Shown here one piece after another: positions 10,632-18,481 of a stretch of 47,495 nucleotides of DNA. The DNA is taken from contig PLCF01000040.1 of NCBI GenBank assembly GCA_003135555.1, forward strand, positions 16,101 to 63,595, written 5' to 3'. Position numbers and translations under genes: made by a program. The DNA is from Vulcanimicrobiota bacterium. Lineage in GTDB: Bacteria; Vulcanimicrobiota; Vulcanimicrobiia; Vulcanimicrobiales; Vulcanimicrobiaceae. Each line of letters begins with the position of its first letter. Within the stretch, counting starts at the first letter, position 1. The notes below the pieces were generated by a model that did not search any database, was not told the origin of the DNA, and worked only from the letters and a program-made list of their open reading frames with translations.

Positions 10632-11216
10632 TTGAATCACGCCGACCTGCCGCACGAGACCAGCGCGCTCGCGCGCGCCCTCATCGGCAAGCTGCTGGTC
10701 CGCCGGCTCGAGGGCGAGCTCCTGGTCGGGCGCATCGTCGAGACCGAGGCGTACTTCGCCGACGACCCGGCCTCGCACGCCTTCCGCGGGATGACGCGGC
10801 GCAACCGCGCGATGTTCGGCCCGCCGTTGCATGCCTACGTCTACTTCATCTACGGCACCAATTGGTGTCTCAACGTCACCAGCGAGAGTGAAGGTACCGG
10901 CGCGGCGGCGCTGGTGCGCGCCTGCGAGCCCATCGGCGGCACGGCGACGATGCGCGCGCTGCGCGGACGGCCCGCACTGCGCGACCGCGACCTGGCGCGC
11001 GGGCCGGGGAACCTCTGCCGAGCCTTCGCGATCGGCCCCGAGTTCGACGGGGCCGACCTGTCGGCGAATCCGACGCTCTGGCTCGCCGACGACGGCACCA
11101 TCCTGCCGACCGGGGTGAGCGCCCGGATCGGGATCAGCAAGGCCGCGGCGGAGCCGTGGCGCTTCTACGCCCAGGGCAACCGCAGCGTCAGCGGACCTCG
11201 CGCCTTGTCGCCCTGA
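10632..11216 (+). CDS. mpg: 3-methyladenine DNA glycosylase (MPG/AAG family)
   Basis: Motifs GRIVETEAY, DPASHA, MFGPPLHAYVYFIYG, RGPGNLC and RIGISKA. TTG start at 10632. Confidence 0.93.
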   Translation: MNHADLPHETSALARALIGKLLVRRLEGELLVGRIVETEAYFADDPASHAFRGMTRRNRAMFGPPLHAYVYFIYGTNWCLNVTSESEGTGAAALVRACEPIGGTATMRALRGRPALRDRDLARGPGNLCRAFAIGPEFDGADLSANPTLWLADDGTILPTGVSARIGISKAAAEPWRFYAQGNRSVSGPRALSP

Positions 11217-11233
11217 CGCGGCTGTGATAGACT
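11205..11233 (+). promoter_or_regulatory. Putative sigma70 promoter for the rho-like-rluB operon
   Basis: TTGTCG-17 nt-TAGACT with a TGn extended -10. Confidence 0.55.
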
Positions 11234-11364
11234 GCGTTGCGTCGCGCGGTCTCGCACCGGCGACGTTCTCGTTCCTCGGCGCTTCGCGCCGACGAGCGGC
11301 CCCGGCAGCCTCGCCGGCCTGGCCGCGTCGTGTGAAACGCCCGTCTCCCCGAGGGAGCATTTCG

Positions 11365-12765
11365 CTGCAGTTCGACAATCGACCCCAGCACAACGGTAAG
11401 CCGGAAGGTGGCCGTCGCCGCCGTTCGCGGCGTAACCGCCAGCGTTTCAACGAAGCCGGCGCGCCGCAGCAGCCGCACGACGTCTTCACCCAACCGGAGT
11501 TCCCGCAGGCCGTCGGGCCGCCGCTGCTCTCCGCCGACCAGCTCGCCGAGATGAGCAAAGCCGAGCTCAACGAGCTGGCCAAGACCTTCGAGATCGAAAA
11601 CCCGACCAAGATCAAGAAGGACGAGCTCGTCGCGCAGATCCTCGAGCTGCAAGCGCAGCGCAGCGGCCTCGAAAAGGCCAACGGCGTCCTCGACGTCTTG
11701 CCCGAGGGCTACGGCTTCCTACGTCGCGACGGCTACCTCGTCGGTGCGGACGACATCTACATCTCGCAGTCGCAGATCCGGCGCTTCGAGCTGCGCCGCG
11801 GCGACCTCGTCGCGGGCCAAGTCCGCAAGCCCAAAGAGAACGAGAAGTATTACGGTATCGTCAAGGTCGAGACGGTCAACGGCTACGCGCCCGAGGCGCT
11901 CGCCAACCGGCGGGTCTTCGAAGAGCTCGGCGCCGAACCGCCGACCCAGCGTTTCGTGCTCGAGACACGCGGCGATTTGGCGATGCGGGCGATGGACCTC
12001 TTCGCGCCGCTCGGCCGTGGCCAGCGAGCGCTCCTGCTCACGCCGCAGCGCGCCGACGAAGCCGCGCTGCTGGTGCGCATCGCAAGGGCGCTCGAAAAGA
12101 ATCATCCCGACGCGCAGGTCATCGTCCTGCTCGTCGACGAGCGTCCCGAAGCGGTCACGCACTTCGGGCGCATGCTCGACGTCGAGGTCGTCGCGACCAC
12201 GTTCGAAGAACACCCCGACAACCACGTGACGACCGCCGAGCTCGTCTTCGAGCGCGCCAAGCGACTCGCCGAGATCGGCCTCGACGCGGTCGTGCTCGTT
12301 TCGTCGTTCACGCGCCTGGTCCGTGCCTACGCCGCGATCTCGCACCACAAGGGCAATCCCGCACTGATGGACGCCGCGCTCTTGGGGCGCCCCAAGCGCC
12401 TGTTCGGAGCGGCGCGTGCCGTCGCCGGCGGGGGTTCGCTCACCGTGATCGCGGCGGCCGGCGCAGGCAGCTCCGCGCTCGATGCGCTCGTCGTCGAAGA
12501 GTTCTCGCCGGCGTCCAACGCCGAGATCGTGCTCTCGCGCGAGCTGGCCGAAGCGCGCGCGTATCCTCCCGTCGATCTCGTGCGCAGCGGCAACTCGTAC
12601 GAGGAGCAGTTGCTCAGCGAGATCGCGCTGCACAAGGTGACCGATCTCCGCCGCGCCCTGGCGCGAACGCCGACGGTCGAAGCTTCGGAGCGGATCTATG
12701 CCGCGCTTGCGCGGACGGAGACGAACGACGAGTTCGTCACCAAGTTCGATCTGAAGAAGGTCTGA
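11365..12765 (+). CDS. Rho transcription-termination-factor homologue with intact RNA-binding domain and degenerate ATPase domain (CTG start proposed)
   Basis: Rho N-terminal helix bundle, EGYGFLR, DDIYISQSQIRRFELRRGD, GRGQR, DERPE and PKRLFGAAR are present. P-loop, Walker B and arginine finger are altered. Confidence 0.9.
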   Translation: MQFDNRPQHNGKPEGGRRRRSRRNRQRFNEAGAPQQPHDVFTQPEFPQAVGPPLLSADQLAEMSKAELNELAKTFEIENPTKIKKDELVAQILELQAQRSGLEKANGVLDVLPEGYGFLRRDGYLVGADDIYISQSQIRRFELRRGDLVAGQVRKPKENEKYYGIVKVETVNGYAPEALANRRVFEELGAEPPTQRFVLETRGDLAMRAMDLFAPLGRGQRALLLTPQRADEAALLVRIARALEKNHPDAQVIVLLVDERPEAVTHFGRMLDVEVVATTFEEHPDNHVTTAELVFERAKRLAEIGLDAVVLVSSFTRLVRAYAAISHHKGNPALMDAALLGRPKRLFGAARAVAGGGSLTVIAAAGAGSSALDALVVEEFSPASNAEIVLSRELAEARAYPPVDLVRSGNSYEEQLLSEIALHKVTDLRRALARTPTVEASERIYAALARTETNDEFVTKFDLKKV

Positions 12766-13520
12766 GACTCCAGAAATACCTCGCGGCGGCCGGCGTAGCG
12801 TCGCGCCGCCGCGCCGAGGAACTCATTGTCGCCGGACGGGTGCGCGTTGGCGGTCGCGTCGTGCGCGAGCTCGGCACGGGAGTCGAGGCGGATGCGCGGG
12901 TCGAGGTCGACGGACGTATCGTGCGGCCCGCCGCGACCCGCACCTACGTCGTGCTGCACAAGCCTCCCGGCGTGATGACGACGCTGCGCGATCCCGAGGG
13001 CCGGCGCACCGTCGCCGACGTCGTGCGCCGTGCCGGCGTCACGGCCCGCGTGCTGCCGGTCGGGCGGCTCGACTACGACACGAGCGGCGTGCTGCTGCTC
13101 ACCGACGACGGCGAGATCACCAACATCCTCACGCATCCCCGCTTCGGTGTCGAGAAGACGTACCGCGCGACGCTGCGCGGCCGGCTCGAGCCGGCTGCCG
13201 TCGAGAAGATCTTGCGCGGCGTGCGCCTCGACGAAGGCCGCGCCGCGCCGGCGCTGGTGCGCGTCGTCGCGGTGCGGCGTGACGTCTCGCTCGTCGACAT
13301 CACCATCCACGAGGGCCGCAACCGCCAGGTGCGCCGCATGTTCGAGGTCGTCGAGCATCCGGTGCTCGCGCTCGTGCGGCTGCGCTTCGGCCCGATCTCG
13401 CTGGGCGAGCTCGCCCCCGGCGCGGTCCGCCCCGTCACCGAGCGCGAGCTAGCCGCCCTCCACCGCATCGCCGCCGAAGCCAAAGACGACGCCGACTCGC
13501 GTAGCGAGTCCCCCGGGTGA
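12762..13520 (+). CDS. rluB: rRNA pseudouridine synthase (RluB/RsuA family)
   Basis: S4 motif RLQKYLAAAGVASRRRAEELI begins at CTG 12762. Also HKPPG, PVGRLDYDTSG and EGRNRQVRRM. Confidence 0.9.
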   Translation: MRLQKYLAAAGVASRRRAEELIVAGRVRVGGRVVRELGTGVEADARVEVDGRIVRPAATRTYVVLHKPPGVMTTLRDPEGRRTVADVVRRAGVTARVLPVGRLDYDTSGVLLLTDDGEITNILTHPRFGVEKTYRATLRGRLEPAAVEKILRGVRLDEGRAAPALVRVVAVRRDVSLVDITIHEGRNRQVRRMFEVVEHPVLALVRLRFGPISLGELAPGAVRPVTERELAALHRIAAEAKDDADSRSESPG

Positions 13521-13598
13521 AAGAAAGCAGCATGGTCTTTCGCGCGCCCTGGGGGAACGTTGCCTTATGGTAGTCGCGAGCGCGCGCACGGTCGGGGG

Positions 13599-13619
13599 CC
13601 CCATCGCGGAGCGATGGGG
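13599..13619. repeat. Intergenic inverted repeat (hairpin; REP-like or terminator-like)
   Basis: Perfect 9-bp stem CCCCATCGC-GGA-GCGATGGGG, followed by GCGGAGC motifs. Confidence 0.45.
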
Positions 13620-13667
13620 GGCGCGGAGCCAGGGGCGGAGCGCCGTTAAACATGCGAGCCGCCAACC

Positions 13668-14033
13668 GTGATTCTTCGCGGCATTCGCGGCGCGACTACC
13701 GTATTGCGGGACGAGCCGGCGCTGATTTTGGCGGCGACCGAACGGCTGTTGCGCGAGATCGTCGCGCGCAACGGCTTTGTCCCCGAAGACGTGGCGTCGG
13801 CGTTGTTCACGGTCACGCCGGACTTGATCTCGGAGTTCCCGGCCGCGGCCGCGCGGGGGATCGGCTGGACGCTGGTTCCGCTGTTGAATTTCACCGAAAT
13901 CGGGGTACCCGGAAGGTTGGAACGCTGCATCCGGGTCTTGATTCATATCAACACCGACCTGACCCAGGACCGGATTGCGCACGTCTACCTCGAGGGAGCA
14001 ACCGTCCTGCGGCCGGACCTCGCCGGGCGCTAG
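13668..14033 (+). CDS. aroH: Chorismate mutase, AroH type
   Basis: Motifs LRGIRGATTV, FTVTPDL..FPA, CIRVL and HVYLEGATVLRPDL. Confidence 0.95.
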   Translation: MILRGIRGATTVLRDEPALILAATERLLREIVARNGFVPEDVASALFTVTPDLISEFPAAAARGIGWTLVPLLNFTEIGVPGRLERCIRVLIHINTDLTQDRIAHVYLEGATVLRPDLAGR

Positions 14034-14202
14034 CTGCAACCGCAGTTGCGGGCGCTAGGCGCCCGGCAGGTGAAGGGCCAACGGTGAGGCAATCGCGCTC
14101 GGTCGCAGCGTGCGTCGTGAGTCGCCGGAGACCCGCGCACCAGGAACTGACCGCGTCCCTCGCGCGTTAGTCCCCGTACCCCACCGCATGTCACGAGGTA
14201 TC

Positions 14203-15540
14203 ATGGCTCATCCGACCTCTCGTCTGTTCGCCGCGCTCGCGCTCGGAACGCTCGCGCTCGCCGTGAGCCCGCCCGGCGCCTGGGCGCAGACCTCGACCTA
14301 CTACACGCCGCCGAAGATGATCAAGCAGGCGCAGACCAGCGTCACGATCGCCGGCACCGGCGCGGTCACGGTCCAAGTCTTCGTGCACAAGGACGGTACG
14401 ATCGGCACGATGACGCTGAAGAAGTCGACCAATCACGGCGACGACGCAGCGGCACTCGACATCGCGAAGAACTCGAGCTACAAGGCCGGCGTGCGGGACG
14501 GGAAACCGATCGATGCCTACTACACGATGGCGCTCAAGTTCAACGGCTCGTCGGTCGTCAACGATACCGGAACGAGCTCGAACCAGCTGCTTGCCGCGAA
14601 CGGCCTGATTCGCGCCGGCAAGTACGCCGAAGCGAAGGCCGAGGTCGATAGCTACTTGAGCTCCCACGCCGGCGACAAGAACGCCGAGCTGCTGCTCGGC
14701 ATCGCCGACACCTACCTCAACGATGCGCCAGGAGCGGTGGCCGCGTTCGACCAGGCCGGAACGATCCCCGAGCGCTTCCAGGTCGCGGCGGCAAAAGCAT
14801 ATGCCGACGCCGCCGTCGCCGCGCTCAAAGCGAAGAACAACGACCTGGCCATCGCCTTGGCGGACAAAGCCCTCGCGCAGCAGGTCAACGTCAACACGTT
14901 GTTCATCCGCGGGACCGCCTACGCGAACGCGCAGAAGTACCCGCAGGCGATCGCCGACCTCGAGCGGGCCAAGACCAATGCGGTCTCCGGCAAGGCCGAC
15001 ACCGCGACGATGAACGCGATCGACGCCTCGCTGGCGACGTCGTACATCTTCGGGGGCCAGACCGACAAGGGCGTCGCGCTGGCGAAAGCGCTCAAGGCCC
15101 GCGATCCCTCGAACACCCGCGTCGACGACACCTTGGCGGCGTACTACAACCAGCAGGCCATCGCCGCGATGAACGCGGGCAAGAAGGCCGAGGCTGTGGC
15201 CGACCTCGAGGCCGCGGCGAAGGCTGTCCCATCGCGAGCCGTCATCCTCTACGTTCAGGCGGCCAACATCCTCTCGCAAGGCGACAAGCCCGACTGGAGC
15301 GTCGTAAAGGCGGAAGCCGACAAGGCGCTCGCCATCAACGCCAACGACGCGCGCGCCAACTACGTCGCTGGGATCGCGCTCGCCAACGCGCTCGACCCCA
15401 AGGGCGCCAAGCCCGACACGAAGCCTGCGCTGGCATACCTCCAGAAGGCCAAGGCCAACGTCGGCGCGGACGCATCCCTCAGCGCCGATATCGACAAGGC
15501 CATCGCGGCGCTCGCCAAGATGGGTACGCCCAAGCAGTAG
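14203..15540 (+). CDS. Secreted protein with an N-terminal TonB-C domain and TPR-like repeats
   Basis: SD GAGGT, signal peptide ending AWA-Q, TonB C-terminal pattern GAVTVQVFVHKDG...DAAAL...YKAGVRDGKPI, then repeated TPR helices. Confidence 0.75.
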   Translation: MAHPTSRLFAALALGTLALAVSPPGAWAQTSTYYTPPKMIKQAQTSVTIAGTGAVTVQVFVHKDGTIGTMTLKKSTNHGDDAAALDIAKNSSYKAGVRDGKPIDAYYTMALKFNGSSVVNDTGTSSNQLLAANGLIRAGKYAEAKAEVDSYLSSHAGDKNAELLLGIADTYLNDAPGAVAAFDQAGTIPERFQVAAAKAYADAAVAALKAKNNDLAIALADKALAQQVNVNTLFIRGTAYANAQKYPQAIADLERAKTNAVSGKADTATMNAIDASLATSYIFGGQTDKGVALAKALKARDPSNTRVDDTLAAYYNQQAIAAMNAGKKAEAVADLEAAAKAVPSRAVILYVQAANILSQGDKPDWSVVKAEADKALAINANDARANYVAGIALANALDPKGAKPDTKPALAYLQKAKANVGADASLSADIDKAIAALAKMGTPKQ

Positions 15541-15665
15541 GAATGGACGGCGGTGCCGCCAACACCTAGGCCCGCGTCGGGGGCACCGCGCCGTCGCCGT
15601 CGGCCTAGCCCGGCCCGGTAGCCGGACTCCCCAGCTCGCTCGAAGACTCGGAGGCTACACCAGAG

Positions 15666-16343
15666 TTGTTGGATTTCAAAGGCTTTTTCTCCATGATCAA
15701 CGCGGGCGGCCCGGCGATGTATATGCTGCTCGTCATGTCGATCGCCGCCGTAGCCATCGTCATCGAGCGACTGCTCTTCTTCGCGAGCCAGCACTCGGAC
15801 TCGAAGGGCCTGCTGCGGTCGATCGGCCAGCGCATCGCTGCCGACGACCTCGACGGCGCGATCAAGATCTGCCAGCAGAACAAGGGCATGCTCCCGAAGA
15901 TTCTGGAATTCGGCCTGCAGCGCGGCGAGAAGAACCGCGCCGACATCACCGACGCCCTCTCGATCGCCCTCATGGAGAACCTCAACTCCCTGGAGCGCAA
16001 TCTCGGCGTCATCGGCACGATCGCCGTCATCGCTCCCTTCGTCGGGTTGTTCGGGACCGTGCTCGGCATCATCCGCGCCTTCCAGGACATCGCCCTCAAG
16101 GGCAACTCGACCCCGGCCGTCGTCGCGGCGGGCGTCTCGGAAGCGCTGATCACGACCGCCGCGGGGCTGTTCGTGGCCGTGATCGCGGTCATTTTCTTCA
16201 ACTACTTCAAGACCCGGATCAAGGCGTACAACCAGGAGATGATCGTGGCGGCCAACCAGCTCGCCGAGATGCTCCACTTCCACAACACCGGTACGCCGAT
16301 CCCGACCGACCTGTACAAGCCGTCGCCCGCCGGGTCACCCTAA
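15666..16343 (+). CDS. exbB: MotA/TolQ/ExbB proton channel protein
   Basis: Motifs LGVIGTIAVIAPFVGLFGTVLGIIRAF and GVSEALITTAAGLFVA. TTG start after GGAGG. Confidence 0.92.
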   Translation: MLDFKGFFSMINAGGPAMYMLLVMSIAAVAIVIERLLFFASQHSDSKGLLRSIGQRIAADDLDGAIKICQQNKGMLPKILEFGLQRGEKNRADITDALSIALMENLNSLERNLGVIGTIAVIAPFVGLFGTVLGIIRAFQDIALKGNSTPAVVAAGVSEALITTAAGLFVAVIAVIFFNYFKTRIKAYNQEMIVAANQLAEMLHFHNTGTPIPTDLYKPSPAGSP

Positions 16344-16373
16344 CCTGAACCTCACGGCCGGAGAGCTCGACTC

Positions 16374-16787
16374 ATGAGCATGGTGTCCGCCCAGCAGGAC
16401 GATGCGGTGATGGCCGAGATCAACATCACGCCGTTCACCGACGTGCTGCTGGTCCTGCTCATCATTTTCATGATCCTGGCAGCGCTCGTGGCGCCGCCTG
16501 GTTTCGAAAAGCAACTTCCCGACAAAAACGACAACACGCCGGTGCAGCAACAGAAGAAGACCGACAGCATCGAGGTGCTCGTCAACGAAACCGGGGTAAT
16601 CTATGTCGACGGCAAGCGCACCGACGAGGCGCACATCTATGCCGACATGTCCGACGTCCGGCGCCGCCGTGGCGACAAGCACGTATCGCTGACGGCGGAC
16701 GTCAAGGCGCCCTACGGCACGATCATCAGGATCCTCGACGCTGCCAAGATCGCGGGCCTCGAGGACGTCGGTTTCGTCACCTCGTGA
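16374..16787 (+). CDS. exbD: ExbD/TolR protein
   Basis: EINITPFTDVLLVLLIIFM, with the conserved TM aspartate. Confidence 0.92.
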   Translation: MSMVSAQQDDAVMAEINITPFTDVLLVLLIIFMILAALVAPPGFEKQLPDKNDNTPVQQQKKTDSIEVLVNETGVIYVDGKRTDEAHIYADMSDVRRRRGDKHVSLTADVKAPYGTIIRILDAAKIAGLEDVGFVTS

Positions 16788-16843
16788 GCACGCCCAACAT
16801 TTCCGGCAAAGCCGGAAGCCGCTAGGAAAAGGAAGCCCGCTTC

Positions 16844-17272
16844 GTGGCCGTCACCACCGGACAAGGCGAAGAAGAAGTGATGTCGACGATCAATATCACG
16901 CCCTTCACGGACGTGCTGTTGGTCCTGCTGATCATCTTCATCATCCTCGCCTCGGTCGTCAAAGAGCCTCGGCTCCCTGACGCCAAGAACAAGATCAAGG
17001 TCCATCCCTCGCAGATCGTGGTGCTCGTCGACGAGAAGAACCAGGTGCAGATCGGTTCGAACATCGTCAACGAGATGCAGGCGAAGGAGCAGTTCGCGCA
17101 ACTCGTCAAGTCGACGGGCAGCGGCCTCAAGACGGTCATCATCAAGGCGAACCCCAAGGCGAGCTTCGGCACGATCTTGCGCGTGATGGACGCGGCCAAG
17201 TCGGCGAACCTCACCACCTTCGGGCTGGCCAACCACATCGAAGGCTTGCCGGAAGGCGCAACGGGCACCTAG
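16844..17272 (+). CDS. exbD: Second ExbD/TolR protein
   Basis: INITPFTDVLLVLLIIFII; paralogue of the upstream gene. Confidence 0.9.
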   Translation: MAVTTGQGEEEVMSTINITPFTDVLLVLLIIFIILASVVKEPRLPDAKNKIKVHPSQIVVLVDEKNQVQIGSNIVNEMQAKEQFAQLVKSTGSGLKTVIIKANPKASFGTILRVMDAAKSANLTTFGLANHIEGLPEGATGT

Positions 17273-18031
17273 ATGGCGAACACGCCCGACTCGGCGCCCC
17301 CGGTCTACACGTCCGAGCGGGCCAAGAGCTTCCTTGTCTACGGCTTCGCGATCTCGATCGTGTTGCACCTGACCCTCGGACCACTCTTGCCGAAAGAGCG
17401 CACGCAAGTCGAAGAAGACCAGCCGCAAAAAGTGACGGTCGTGCGCGTCCCGACACCGCCGCCGACGCCGCCGCCGACTCCGACCCCGCACCCGACGCCG
17501 CCGCCGACGCCGCCGCCCAAGACGACGCCGCCCCCCAACACGCCCGCGCCGCAGCAGCCCAAGATCAAGATCAACACGCAGAAGACCGAGTCGAAAACGA
17601 ACACCGGTCCCAGCGAAGCGACCAACAAGTACACGACGGGCAACACGCAGGGCATCCCGCAGGGCTTGGGCACCTCCGCGCCGTCGACCGCCCCGCCGGC
17701 GACGCCGGCTCCCGCGCCGCCGACGCCGCAGCCGACGCGTACCCCGCAGTCGTGCGCGCGACCCAATGTCCCCGCGTCCACCATTCACGCGATCGAGCCC
17801 GATACGCCGGCGCTGGCGCAGCAACAGGGGATCCAAGGCACGGTTCAAGTCGTCGTTTCGCTCAACGAGGGCAGTCGCGTCACCGGCACCCGCGTGCAGA
17901 GCTCGCCCAGCGCGGTGCTCAACCAGGCCGCACTCTCGGCGGCGCGGCAATCGTCGTTCCAAACCGAGATCCGCGATTGCAAGCCGATCGCCGCAGACTA
18001 CATCTTCAGCGTCGAGTTCACTTCGCAATAA
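17273..18031 (+). CDS. tonB: Energy transducer TonB
   Basis: TM helix with SxxxH (SIVLH), Pro/Thr-rich spacer, and C-terminal TonB domain GIQGTVQVVV...LNQAAL. Confidence 0.9.
   Translation: MANTPDSAPPVYTSERAKSFLVYGFAISIVLHLTLGPLLPKERTQVEEDQPQKVTVVRVPTPPPTPPPTPTPHPTPPPTPPPKTTPPPNTPAPQQPKIKINTQKTESKTNTGPSEATNKYTTGNTQGIPQGLGTSAPSTAPPATPAPAPPTPQPTRTPQSCARPNVPASTIHAIEPDTPALAQQQGIQGTVQVVVSLNEGSRVTGTRVQSSPSAVLNQAALSAARQSSFQTEIRDCKPIAADYIFSVEFTSQ
17450..17560 (+). repeat. Low-complexity Pro-Thr coding repeat within tonB
   Basis: Repeated ccgacgccgccg units encode PTPPPTPPPTPTPHPTPPPTPPP. Confidence 0.7.
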
Positions 18032-18065
18032 CCCTGGCGCGAAGGGGCGGGGCTCCGGTTTGGGG

Positions 18066-18428
18066 CTAGATTACGCCCAGGTCGCGGAGTTTGTACATCA
18101 TGTCGATGTAGCCTAGGAGCTGCGACTCTTGTTCCGGCGTGCGGCCGGTGAACTCGATCCCGGTGCGAAACTTGCCGAGCGCGTCGTCGAAGCGGCACCA
18201 ACGGACCTCGCCGGTGAGCTGGAGCGCCGGCCGCGGATCGCCGCGCAACTCCAGCTCGAGCCGCAGCGACTGTCCCGACGGAAGCTCGCTATCGCACAGC
18301 ATCGCCAAGCCGCCCAGGCCGATGTCGTACGTTTCGGTACGTGCCGCGGCAAAGTCGCCGCCGATCGTGTATGCAACCAGCAGCGGCGCGTCGGCCAGGC
18401 GGCGGTGCGAGCGCGCGTCACTCACCAC
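18066..18428 (-). CDS. Single-domain PilZ protein (c-di-GMP effector)
   Basis: RxxxR (RSHRR), DIGLGG (DxSxxG variant), GEVRW and GIEF. Confidence 0.8.
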   Translation of the reverse strand: MVSDARSHRRLADAPLLVAYTIGGDFAAARTETYDIGLGGLAMLCDSELPSGQSLRLELELRGDPRPALQLTGEVRWCRFDDALGKFRTGIEFTGRTPEQESQLLGYIDMMYKLRDLGVI

Positions 18429-18481
18429 TACGCCTTCCTCGCGAGCGGGAAAGCCTCCCCCGCGTGCGAACCGACCCGCTC

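Noticed and set aside
11224..11364. N-terminal extension of the Rho-like protein from GTG 11224
   Set aside because: That GTG lies within the predicted extended -10 element and has no SD; a strong SD precedes CTG 11365.
17450..17760. Tandem DNA repeats as a CRISPR array or VNTR
   Set aside because: They are the Pro/Thr linker codons of TonB, with no repeat-spacer structure and no cas genes.
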